The notes below the pieces were generated by a model. It was given only the letters and a program-made list of their open reading frames with translations. It made no database searches and was not told the DNA's origin. A program made the position numbers and the translations under genes. From Euryarchaeota archaeon UBA182 (GTDB lineage: Archaea; Thermoplasmatota; Poseidoniia; Poseidoniales; Thalassarchaeaceae): DNA of 64,000 bases. The stretch is taken from the NCBI GenBank assembly GCA_002495675.1, contig DAGH01000023.1:1184-65183 (forward strand), read 5' to 3'. Each line of letters opens with the position of its first letter. Positions within the stretch are counted from its first letter, which is position 1. This document shows positions 10,731 through 19,079 of this stretch, piece by piece.

Positions 10731-12236
10731 TCATTGACTTGTGGCATAGTAACCGTCATCTGATTCTACCACTAGGCGTTGCTCGATCAGTCCAATGATG
10801 TGGGAGAGCGCTTGGTCCCTTGATAGCGCTATTGGGGCATTAGGCGTGTCTTTGTAAGCTTCTCTAGTTATTCCAGTCAGACTGCGAATGCCACCTTGGA
10901 TCGCTTTCAAAACCCTCTCATGCCTCTGTTTTCGATGATTGATAGTTCTGTCAAGCAGCCTATCTGGTGAGGCGCAAACTGGACCATGACTCGGGAAAAG
11001 GAGCTTGGGCTTGAAAGCCTTGAGACGTTTGAGACTGTCAAAGTATCTCGTCATAGAACCGTCTTTCGAGGGAACAAGAATTGTACCCACCATTGTCACA
11101 TTGTCCGCAGACAAGATCCCCATCTCGGAGACCAGCGAGACCATGCCCGGGCAGTGCCCCGGGGTCTCAATTACAGTCCAAGGGTATCCATCCAACAAGT
11201 CAATTACCTGACCATCCGCTATTTCAGTGCCGCCTCCTATTTCCTTGATAGTCTCAGCAGAAGCCAAAATCTGGTTGTCTAGCAACATTTTGATCATTGA
11301 TTGATCGCCAATGTGATCAGGGTGCTTATGGGTGTACAGTACCCCCATCACACTTTTACCCTCTTCGTGGATCTCAGACAGCCTCCTCCTGAGGATCTCA
11401 AACCCTTCCTCATTTTGGACCGCGGGATCCACGACTAGGATTTTCTTGCCCCTGCCGATGATGAAGCAATTGGTATGGGTGGCGGGGGGGAGAGTGGCCG
11501 TCGGTATTGGCAAGCACTCAACACCTGGTGCAAATTCTATCTTGTGCCGCCCTTTGGGGGTAATCTTTGACATCTTGGACAATGCCAATAGAACCCCCTC
11601 TCCGTCGATTTTCTCTTCAAGAATGTCTCTTACGAAAGTGACTTGAGGAGGAGCCATCCTTGCTCGTCCGCATTGCCACTCAGATAGCAATTCTTGAGGG
11701 GCCCACCACCTGAACTGGGTAAATTCACTTCTCCCGGGCGGGTGTTCCGGTTCTATGCCTGCCTTTCCAAAATGTATGTGATAAAATCTGTTGGTGTAGC
11801 GAACAGGCGCCAGAGGGGGCGTAGTTCGCTCGGTGACAAGGGAGGCCAATCGCTCGTCAATTGTAAAAATGCCCTCATCGATTGCCTTGGCCCAAGCCGT
11901 GCCGTCCTCACAGAGCCTTTCTCTAATTGAATCACCCACAACCATCCATTCACCACCAGCATCAAGAGCGAACCCAGTCTCTTCTGTCAGTTCTCTGAAA
12001 AGCGTCACAATCGAGGCACCGTCCACCCGATCCGCTCCAAAAATCCAACGACTCGCAAATTTTCTATCATGGGGGGAGACACCCCCTCCGGGAAAGGCCC
12101 AAAATTCAGGGAAGGTGGGAACTTCTGGATGTCTCAGCCCCATTAACATCTCAACATCCCCGTTTAGAGTCCGGGTGATCACAGCGCTAGAAGCAAGCCG
12201 AGGCTCCTTGGGAGCTCGATTTGAATAGCCATTCAC
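10731..12236 (-). CDS. NUDIX hydrolase / metallo-beta-lactamase-fold hydrolase fusion
   Basis: N-terminal WAFPGGG...RELTEETG (Nudix box with insertion); C-terminal TLPPATHTN, THKHPDH, TPGH, SAD, PSHG MBL motifs; winged-helix-like end. Confidence 0.85.
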   Translation of the reverse strand: MNGYSNRAPKEPRLASSAVITRTLNGDVEMLMGLRHPEVPTFPEFWAFPGGGVSPHDRKFASRWIFGADRVDGASIVTLFRELTEETGFALDAGGEWMVVGDSIRERLCEDGTAWAKAIDEGIFTIDERLASLVTERTTPPLAPVRYTNRFYHIHFGKAGIEPEHPPGRSEFTQFRWWAPQELLSEWQCGRARMAPPQVTFVRDILEEKIDGEGVLLALSKMSKITPKGRHKIEFAPGVECLPIPTATLPPATHTNCFIIGRGKKILVVDPAVQNEEGFEILRRRLSEIHEEGKSVMGVLYTHKHPDHIGDQSMIKMLLDNQILASAETIKEIGGGTEIADGQVIDLLDGYPWTVIETPGHCPGMVSLVSEMGILSADNVTMVGTILVPSKDGSMTRYFDSLKRLKAFKPKLLFPSHGPVCASPDRLLDRTINHRKQRHERVLKAIQGGIRSLTGITREAYKDTPNAPIALSRDQALSHIIGLIEQRLVVESDDGYYATSQ

Positions 12237-12285
12237 GCCTTATCCGAGCGTGCGGGGGTATCTAATCACTATGACTGAAAAAGGC

Positions 12286-13947
12286 TCACAGCGTTTGACT
12301 TCCGTCAGGCCTCCAAACCCTGCCCGCAGAGAGGCTTTCGTATACGGATTCGAACAGAATTCGATCCTTGACCTTCTTGTCTTCCGGTCGTTTTGACAGT
12401 GTCCTTAGTGGCATCGACATTCTGAAATTGCCCTCAAACGCACTCCTATGCCGTTCTAGGTAAGCCCAGTAGAGCGAGGATATGGGGCAAGTTTTCTTGG
12501 GGTCAAGAGAACATGATTTACAGTAATCCCCCATACGATTGATGTACGGAGTCCCCGATACGTAGGGCTTGGTCATCATAGAATCGCCAAGTGCATAGGT
12601 TCCCATGCCCAATACATTAGGCTCCACGACCCAATCGTATGCATCGATAAATGATGCGTGAAACCAGTCAGTAAGCTCTCTTGGATTCACATCTAGTAGG
12701 CTAGCAATGTTACTTTGAACCATCAGCCTAGGAATGTGATGGGTCCACCCATCTTCCATGACTGATTGAACAGTCTGATCGAGGCAGTTCAATCCTGATT
12801 TTTCACCCCAATACGCAACTGGAAGTTTACGATTCTGACTCAGGTGATTGGGGTTTTGATTTGGTTGTGCGCCATTACGCTTAGATTTCCACCACCCAGC
12901 GTCGTTCTCGATGTTGGGGGTCCTGTTTACCTCTAAATTCTGAAAGCCATCAGTCACCACGTGTACATGGTGAACGTATTCCCTCCAGACAATTTGTCGG
13001 ATGAAGCCCTCGACGCTATTCAGCGGGGCGTCCGTGGACAGTACCCGGTCAACAACATCCTTGGGAAGCAGCCTACTCAAATTTAGGATTGAGGCCAGCC
13101 TGCTGTGAAAGAGCCCCCTTGAGTATGTAGTCATGGCATCTTCATATTTTCCGAATAAAGGCAACACCGAAATTGCATATTCCAAGGCATCCTTCGCCTG
13201 GCCGATGGTCGTTGGCTGCGCAGAAAGGTCAGCCGACCCCGGATGCTCTTCAAATCTTGAGTTGACAAGTTCCTCCACCTCTAGGTCTATGCTGTCTCTG
13301 CTATAGGATGGAGGATCTGGAAGATCATGCATCCCGTCCCAAGGGGACCTGTTCTCGGAATCAAACGAATATTTTCCGCCAATAGGTTTGGAACCATCCA
13401 TCAATATGCCAGTTTCTTGCCTGAATTTTTGATAAAAGGGTGCCATCCTGAAAGGAGGCTTGGTTCCGAGTGCCTCTGTGAACCAATCGATGGGCGTAAT
13501 CCATCCTTTGTGGGGATGCTCAGTGAGCAGTCCTGAATCAACCAGAGGCGATAACTCATCTCGTGTGGATTTCTCGGCGGCCCTGATTGTGTGAATGACT
13601 CCCAAACCACTTAGATTTTGGAGTGCGTTTGAATAATTCTCCCTCGTTATGATATACGATATGGGGTGACCTTTTCTTTGGGCCTCAATTGCGAAGTGAC
13701 GCATGTTCGAAATCAACATTGCGATCTTTTGTTTGTGATATGGACGACTGGTACCCTTTGCAATTGACTCGATGAGAACGAGTCCAGTTTCGGTTGGACG
13801 CTCGTCATTGAAGGGTATCAACGATAGGTTAAGTTGGTCGTAGAGAAGAAAGACCCATCTCTTTGGAGAGGATTGAGCCTCTTCTCTGATGTAGGACAGG
13901 AAACCCTCCCCTCCCCGATCATCCGATGGACTGAGTTGTGAAACCAC
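12286..13947 (-). CDS. Cryptochrome/photolyase family protein, FeS-BCP type (bacterial (6-4) photolyase PhrB/CryB-like)
   Basis: LYDQL, YHKQKI...MRHFA, PIGGKYSFDSENR, FGKYEDAM, LFHSRL, WREY, WTHHIPRLM, DAYDWVVEPNVLGM, TKPYVSGTPYINRMGDYCKSC...CP. Start uncertain (GTG 13947 chosen; ORF track gives 14013). Confidence 0.92.
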   Translation of the reverse strand: MVSQLSPSDDRGGEGFLSYIREEAQSSPKRWVFLLYDQLNLSLIPFNDERPTETGLVLIESIAKGTSRPYHKQKIAMLISNMRHFAIEAQRKGHPISYIITRENYSNALQNLSGLGVIHTIRAAEKSTRDELSPLVDSGLLTEHPHKGWITPIDWFTEALGTKPPFRMAPFYQKFRQETGILMDGSKPIGGKYSFDSENRSPWDGMHDLPDPPSYSRDSIDLEVEELVNSRFEEHPGSADLSAQPTTIGQAKDALEYAISVLPLFGKYEDAMTTYSRGLFHSRLASILNLSRLLPKDVVDRVLSTDAPLNSVEGFIRQIVWREYVHHVHVVTDGFQNLEVNRTPNIENDAGWWKSKRNGAQPNQNPNHLSQNRKLPVAYWGEKSGLNCLDQTVQSVMEDGWTHHIPRLMVQSNIASLLDVNPRELTDWFHASFIDAYDWVVEPNVLGMGTYALGDSMMTKPYVSGTPYINRMGDYCKSCSLDPKKTCPISSLYWAYLERHRSAFEGNFRMSMPLRTLSKRPEDKKVKDRILFESVYESLSAGRVWRPDGSQTL

Positions 13948-14057
13948 AGATTGTTGGGGACACCACCCCCAAATGAAATCCTGTAATGACCCACAAAGCC
14001 ATTTCATCTTCATTTAATTGCGATAAGTTCTATTTTCCTAACCTACGAGATTTGGCC

Positions 14058-14423
14058 ATGCAAAACGCACTCCTCGTTGCCCTTGGGGGGGCGATCGGAG
14101 CCGTCCTTAGGTGGTCTGTGGAGTCAATTTCCCCAACATCCAGCATTTCGAGTGCCACCTTATCGATCAATCTGATCGGCTCATTCTGTCTTGGGGCTCT
14201 CATGGCTGGGTTTTCACTGGGCCATGCTTCGAAGGAAACCGTGCATTTGTTGGGTATCGGCCTACTTGGTTCATTCACGACCATGTCCGCGTACGCACTC
14301 CAGACAGTTGAGATCAGCAACTCTTCCGGCTTCACCTCCATGGCAATCTATGTTGTCTTGACATCGCTGGGATGTCCGTTGATGGCGCTGTCAGGTTGGA
14401 AACTCATGTCAGTATTCACATAA
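14058..14423 (+). CDS. crcB: Fluoride channel Fluc/CrcB family
   Basis: VALGGAIGAVLRW, TLSINLIGSFCLG, GLLGSFTTMSAY; four TM helices, ~121 aa from ATG 14058. Confidence 0.85.
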   Translation: MQNALLVALGGAIGAVLRWSVESISPTSSISSATLSINLIGSFCLGALMAGFSLGHASKETVHLLGIGLLGSFTTMSAYALQTVEISNSSGFTSMAIYVVLTSLGCPLMALSGWKLMSVFT

Positions 14424-14475
14424 CGACGATTCCCCGACTCCGTAGCGCTAAAACTGATCACTTCCTCCGGATCTT

Positions 14476-15324
14476 ATGGCCGAACTGAGGGCAGTGAATC
14501 ATGATGCCAAGACCAACAAGGAAATCTCAGGCATAGACATGCCTGTGATAGGACTCGGGGTTTGGATGATGAATCAACCCGGTGAGTGCCTTCAAGCGGT
14601 GACAGATGCAATATCAATCGGCTATAGATTGATCGATACAGCGAGGGCGTATGGTAACGAAAAGGAGGTCGGACAGGCTGTCAGGGACTCCAGCGTACCA
14701 AGGGATGAGATAACCGTCGTCACTAAGTTGAGGAGAGTGCATGCAGTTGGTTATGAGTCTACGATCGAAAACTGCAGACTCAGTTTGGAATTGTTGGGTT
14801 TGGAATATATCGACCTCTACCTGGTCCACGCTCCACCGGAGGACCCAACTGCAAGAGAGCCCGTTTGGAGGGCGATGGAGGATCTTCTTTCTGAGGGGAT
14901 GGTGAGATCAATCGGGGTGAGTAATTATGGTCTCCATCATCTAGAACATCTCAAAAGGTATGCTCGTGTACTGCCATCTGTTAACCAAGTTGAGTTAAAT
15001 CCCTGGATTCAGAGAAGAGAATTACATCAGGCAACTAGGGATATTGGAGCTCTGACGATGGCATATTCCCCATTGGCAAGGGGGCAAAAAGCACAGGATA
15101 GACAACTGGAATCTATGTGTGAGGGCCTGGGATTCACAGCTCCTCAGGCAGCAATCAAGTGGTGCATTGATAATGGGGCAATTGTTATCCCAAAATCCAG
15201 CCATCCAGGGAGGCAACTTGAGAACTTCCAATCCATGGATGTTGATCTCTCAAGAATAATCGATGAAATGAACAAGTTAGATTCCAATCATGTCTCTGGA
15301 TGGGACCCGACGGTGGAGCCATGA
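14476..15324 (+). CDS. Aldo/keto reductase
   Basis: MPVIGLGVW, GYRLIDTARAYGNE, YIDLYLVH, IGVSNY, NQVE, AYSPL, IPKS. Confidence 0.93.
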   Translation: MAELRAVNHDAKTNKEISGIDMPVIGLGVWMMNQPGECLQAVTDAISIGYRLIDTARAYGNEKEVGQAVRDSSVPRDEITVVTKLRRVHAVGYESTIENCRLSLELLGLEYIDLYLVHAPPEDPTAREPVWRAMEDLLSEGMVRSIGVSNYGLHHLEHLKRYARVLPSVNQVELNPWIQRRELHQATRDIGALTMAYSPLARGQKAQDRQLESMCEGLGFTAPQAAIKWCIDNGAIVIPKSSHPGRQLENFQSMDVDLSRIIDEMNKLDSNHVSGWDPTVEP

Positions 15325-15509
15325 GTGGCAAGAGGGACCCAGAAACAATCGAGGAGGAACTCGAACTAATTGCAGAGGCTATCAGGTTGGGAATAGATCC
15401 CTTTCCACCAAGACGAGAGCGTAACCGGGTGATGCGGCTGACTCTGGGTTGGTTCATGATCGTGATAATGATTTCATGGGTGTCCCAGTTTCTTTACAGG
15501 ACCCTTTGA
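15321..15509 (+). CDS. Small hypothetical membrane protein (62 aa)
   Basis: ATGA overlap with the AKR stop; acidic N-terminus followed by one hydrophobic helix (LGWFMIVIMISWVS). Confidence 0.55.
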   Translation: MSGKRDPETIEEELELIAEAIRLGIDPFPPRRERNRVMRLTLGWFMIVIMISWVSQFLYRTL

Positions 15510-15553
15510 GTTGAAAGGGAAAAAAGAAATGATGGAACCCCCTCCGGTGGACC

Positions 15554-15877
15554 ATGGCGAAATATATGTATTCAGGAAACTACACCTCGAAGGGTGCTGC
15601 TGGGTTATTGAATGACGGAGGCAAGGCAAGGCACGAGGAGGCCGAGAAAGCCGCCGCTTCCATGGGAGGCTCCCTAGAGGCATATTACTGGTGTTATGGG
15701 GAAATGGACTTCATGATGATAATCAACCTACCATCCGAAGAGATGGCAATCAAATTCTCACTACACGTCGGTGCCTCAGGCGTCTTCAACGGCAAATTGA
15801 CTCCTTTGATTACAGTGGACACCATGGAAGCCGCGACCTCCACAGAACTTCCGTTCATCAGACTACCAGGAGAATGA
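15554..15877 (+). CDS. GYD domain-containing protein
   Basis: ~107 aa with KYMYSGNYTSKGAAGL, MGGSLEAYYWCYGEMDFM, LTPLIT pattern typical of the GYD family. Confidence 0.75.
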   Translation: MAKYMYSGNYTSKGAAGLLNDGGKARHEEAEKAAASMGGSLEAYYWCYGEMDFMMIINLPSEEMAIKFSLHVGASGVFNGKLTPLITVDTMEAATSTELPFIRLPGE

Positions 15878-15965
15878 GGCCCCCTTGTCGGCGGCGTGTC
15901 TATCGCCAACTCAGGATCTCTTTGTCAAATGCCCAGAGTCTCGGACGAACCAAATAGCCTCATCA

Positions 15966-16041
15966 TGGTAGTCCCGCCCGGATTCGAACCAGGGTCATGG
16001 CATCCAGAGTGCCATATGATGGACCACTACACTACGGGACT
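15966..16041 (-). tRNA. tRNA-Gln (anticodon CTG), CCA encoded
   Basis: Minus strand AGTCCCGTAGTGTAGTGGTCCATCATATGGCACTCTGGATGCCATGACCCTGGTTCGAATCCGGGCGGGACTACCA; anticodon stem TGGCA/TGCCA with loop CTCTGGA; A1-U72 pair typical of archaeal tRNA-Gln. Confidence 0.96.
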
Positions 16042-16097
16042 TCTGGTAGTCGGTGAGTGGTTCTGTATTTCAACGAACCCATGTCAGTAGGTCCCCA

Positions 16098-17132
16098 TCA
16101 TCCACGGAATCTGGTCATTATCTCTTCGTGCCTTTCCCTGCTGGGGCGCAGCATGTCCTCGCTTAGGTCGCACAGAGGCGTATCGATGAGGCCCTGATCC
16201 TCGTCTGCAGTCGGCATATCCGTGTTGTGATGGAGCAATCCTGTAATGTGTTTCTTGTCCACTTCCGCCATGTGGAGTGCTGATATTGCGGCAGTTGGGT
16301 CCGTGTAATCATATTCGGTGGATAGCGTCTCCAGCCTCAGCACGCTGCCATCGAAAAGCTCCACGTCCTCGAATCCACCTTCAGGAATGTCCACCTCGTT
16401 CATAGGTTGGAAATGATGGATGTAATCGACGCCGTGCAGCTCTTCAGTCTGGGTCTTGACATACCCGTACGATTTGTAGGACTCATCGTTATTTGCAAAT
16501 GTGACGCACGGAGAGATAACATCGATCACAGCCATGCCGTTGTGGCTTAGTGCAGCTTTCATCAAAGACGTAAGCTGTTTTTTCGCTCCAGAGAAGGAGC
16601 GGGCCACAAATCCACAGCCCAAGTTGATGGCCAACTTGCACATGTCGATGGGAGGCTGTTCGTTGGGTGCTCCCTTTCGCTTCTTGGACCCCTTCTCAAC
16701 TGTAGCGGAATACTGTCCTTTGGTGAGGCCGTAGACGCCGTTGTTTTCGATGATGTAAACCATGTTCAGATTCCTGCGTATAGCATGGATGAACTGGCCG
16801 ATGCCTATGCTTGCTGAGTCACCATCGCCCGAAACACCGAGGTACACTAAGTCCTTGTTGACCATGTTGGCACCAGTGGTCACTGATGGCATTCTACCGT
16901 GGACTGTGTTGAATCCATGAGATTGGCCTAGGAAATATGCTGGCGTCTTGGATGAACAGCCTATCCCGCTCATCTTTGCTATTCTACTGGGCTCTATGCC
17001 ATTTTCCCAGCAGGCTTGGATTATGACTCCGGAAATTTGGTCGTGTCCACAACCGGGACAAAGAGATGATGGCCCCCCTGTGTAGTCGCTCTTGGGCCTG
17101 TCAATAACATTGAGTTTGATCACTTTGCTCAT
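16098..17132 (-). CDS. korB: 2-oxoacid:ferredoxin oxidoreductase subunit beta
   Basis: LCPGCGH, SGIGCSSK, HGR, GDGD...NNGVYGLTKGQ TPP motif, SPCVTF. Substrate not proven. Confidence 0.92.
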   Translation of the reverse strand: MSKVIKLNVIDRPKSDYTGGPSSLCPGCGHDQISGVIIQACWENGIEPSRIAKMSGIGCSSKTPAYFLGQSHGFNTVHGRMPSVTTGANMVNKDLVYLGVSGDGDSASIGIGQFIHAIRRNLNMVYIIENNGVYGLTKGQYSATVEKGSKKRKGAPNEQPPIDMCKLAINLGCGFVARSFSGAKKQLTSLMKAALSHNGMAVIDVISPCVTFANNDESYKSYGYVKTQTEELHGVDYIHHFQPMNEVDIPEGGFEDVELFDGSVLRLETLSTEYDYTDPTAAISALHMAEVDKKHITGLLHHNTDMPTADEDQGLIDTPLCDLSEDMLRPSRERHEEIMTRFRG

Positions 17133-18916
17133 TGTGCCCTCTCCTTCAGAACCTCTAGTATTAGTTCGGCATATATTCTTGCTCTTGGTGGCATACCGTC
17201 AGAGTAAGCCACGCTCGATATTTTTGGTACTAGGTTTATTGGGAGCTCTTTCCTCAACACTCCGTAGAGTTGCCCATCTCTGTTTATCTCTAGGACTATC
17301 ACCCTATTGTGTCGTTCGATGAAGGCCTCAATGTCAGGGTGAAGGGGCACAGCCCTTACTCGGCACTGGCTCACTTTCAGGCCAGTTTCTTCGATGATGT
17401 CGTCGATTTCTTGTATTGAGTTTTCCATTGATCCCATGTAGATGATCCCCACATCTTGTTCGGCTTCCTCACGGATCACCGGCCCAGGCAGGTGTTTCCT
17501 AGCGTTGAATAATTTCCTCTTCAGGCGCATCATCAGTTTTTGATACACCTCTGGATCCTCACTGTATATTCCATCCTCATCATGACCGGTTCCCCTGTAT
17601 AATATGGGGTCTAACCCAGAACCTGGTAGCGTTCTGTAGGGAATTCCATCTCCGTCGACATCCCTGTATCTGCCATAGTTTTCGATTGCGGCCATCTGAT
17701 CGGCTGATCGGACGACTTTGCCTCTGTCTATTGGCTGGTCTGGATATTCAAAGCCACTGCAGACCCAGTTATTCATTCCCAAATCTAGGTCTGAGAAACC
17801 GAAAACTAAGGTCTGGAACCTCTCGGCATAATCGAAGGCCTTCCATCCGAACTCGAAGCACTCCTCGACAGTACCTGGGATGAGGACAATATGTTCGGTA
17901 TCACCATGGCTCGCCTCTCGAAGGAGGTTCAAATCCCCCTGTTGTGTTCTCGTAGGCAGCCCCGTGGAGGGCCCAACCCTGTTGACGTCCCAAATCACGC
18001 CTGGAACTTCTGCAAAGTATGCCAACCCGATGAATTCGGACATCAATGAGATGCCTGGGCCAGAGGTACATGTCATCCCCCTGCCTCCAGCCCAGCCTGC
18101 TCCGAGAACCATGCCTGCTGCTGCCAACTCGTCTTCGGCCTGCACCACGGCGCAGGTTGACATGCCGTCTTCTGTCTCTCTCAATTGTGGGAGCCAGTGA
18201 ATTATGCCCTCTGCAAGGGACGAAGAGGGTGTGATGGGGTACCACGATAGCATGTTGACTCCTCCGTAGATCGATCCAAGGGCGGCAGCTTCGTTCCCGT
18301 CGATGAGGAATGTGCCCTCTTTCTTCTGTCGAGCTTCAACAATGTGTGGACTTTCCCATGTGATTGCCTCTTCGGCCATCTTCCTGCCTTCCTCTATGGC
18401 TCTAAGATTGACTTCCACTGCCGTTTTCTTTCCTTTGAACTGCCTATTGACGGCCTTTTCAAGGGCGACCTGATCTATTCCAATCAGGTGCTGGATGATC
18501 CCGACGTAGTACATATTGGCAATCATCTTGGCCATTTTGGGATTTATTCCGCGTGCAAGCTTTGTCATCGGTAGCCCAAAAACTAGGCAATCATCGCGTT
18601 CAACTGGTAACTTCACATTCTCGTTATAGATGATAATAGAACCAGATTCGATTTTTTCTATATCCTTGAACCAGGTATCCGCATTCATCAGGATCTGGAT
18701 GTCGGTTTTGTCCCCGGGAGCCTGGTACCCCTGATCCGAAGCACGAATGATGAACCAGGTGGGGAGCCCAGAAATATTGCTTGGAAATAGGTTCTTTCCA
18801 CTGACTGGAACCCCCATCTCAAACATTGAGTTCAGGAGAATAAGGTTGGATGATTGGGATCCAGTCCCGTTGGCAGTTGCGACGTTGATTACGAAGTCGT
18901 TTATTGATACATCCAT
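17129..18916 (-). CDS. korA: 2-oxoacid:ferredoxin oxidoreductase subunit alpha (gamma-alpha fused)
   Basis: ATANGTGSQS N-terminal domain, WYPITPSS, QAEDELAA, TCTSGPGISLMSE, RVGPSTGLPT. Start set at ATG 18916. Confidence 0.92.
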   Translation of the reverse strand: MDVSINDFVINVATANGTGSQSSNLILLNSMFEMGVPVSGKNLFPSNISGLPTWFIIRASDQGYQAPGDKTDIQILMNADTWFKDIEKIESGSIIIYNENVKLPVERDDCLVFGLPMTKLARGINPKMAKMIANMYYVGIIQHLIGIDQVALEKAVNRQFKGKKTAVEVNLRAIEEGRKMAEEAITWESPHIVEARQKKEGTFLIDGNEAAALGSIYGGVNMLSWYPITPSSSLAEGIIHWLPQLRETEDGMSTCAVVQAEDELAAAGMVLGAGWAGGRGMTCTSGPGISLMSEFIGLAYFAEVPGVIWDVNRVGPSTGLPTRTQQGDLNLLREASHGDTEHIVLIPGTVEECFEFGWKAFDYAERFQTLVFGFSDLDLGMNNWVCSGFEYPDQPIDRGKVVRSADQMAAIENYGRYRDVDGDGIPYRTLPGSGLDPILYRGTGHDEDGIYSEDPEVYQKLMMRLKRKLFNARKHLPGPVIREEAEQDVGIIYMGSMENSIQEIDDIIEETGLKVSQCRVRAVPLHPDIEAFIERHNRVIVLEINRDGQLYGVLRKELPINLVPKISSVAYSDGMPPRARIYAELILEVLKERAQ

Positions 18917-19079
18917 TTCGGGAATACACATCCTTGCAAGCGTACATCAGCAGTGCGAGCGGGCCCTCGCTGTTGCATGAGGGACTTGAGTATTCCTGTC
19001 TCATAAACGATTCCAATACGAGAAAAATTCCAATCTCATCATCCGTCATCTTTTCATTCCAGACACCAGCCGAACGGCC

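Noticed and set aside
13948..14057. Fluoride riboswitch upstream of crcB
   Set aside because: GCGATAAGTTC superficially resembles the 5' motif, but the complementary stem and the GCTGATG...CTAC element are missing.
15896..16090. 64-aa ORF on the plus strand
   Set aside because: Antisense to tRNA-Gln; spurious.
18917..19079. TPP riboswitch upstream of korA
   Set aside because: TGAGA...CCC is present, but the conserved GAACCTGAT...GCGNAGG core is absent.
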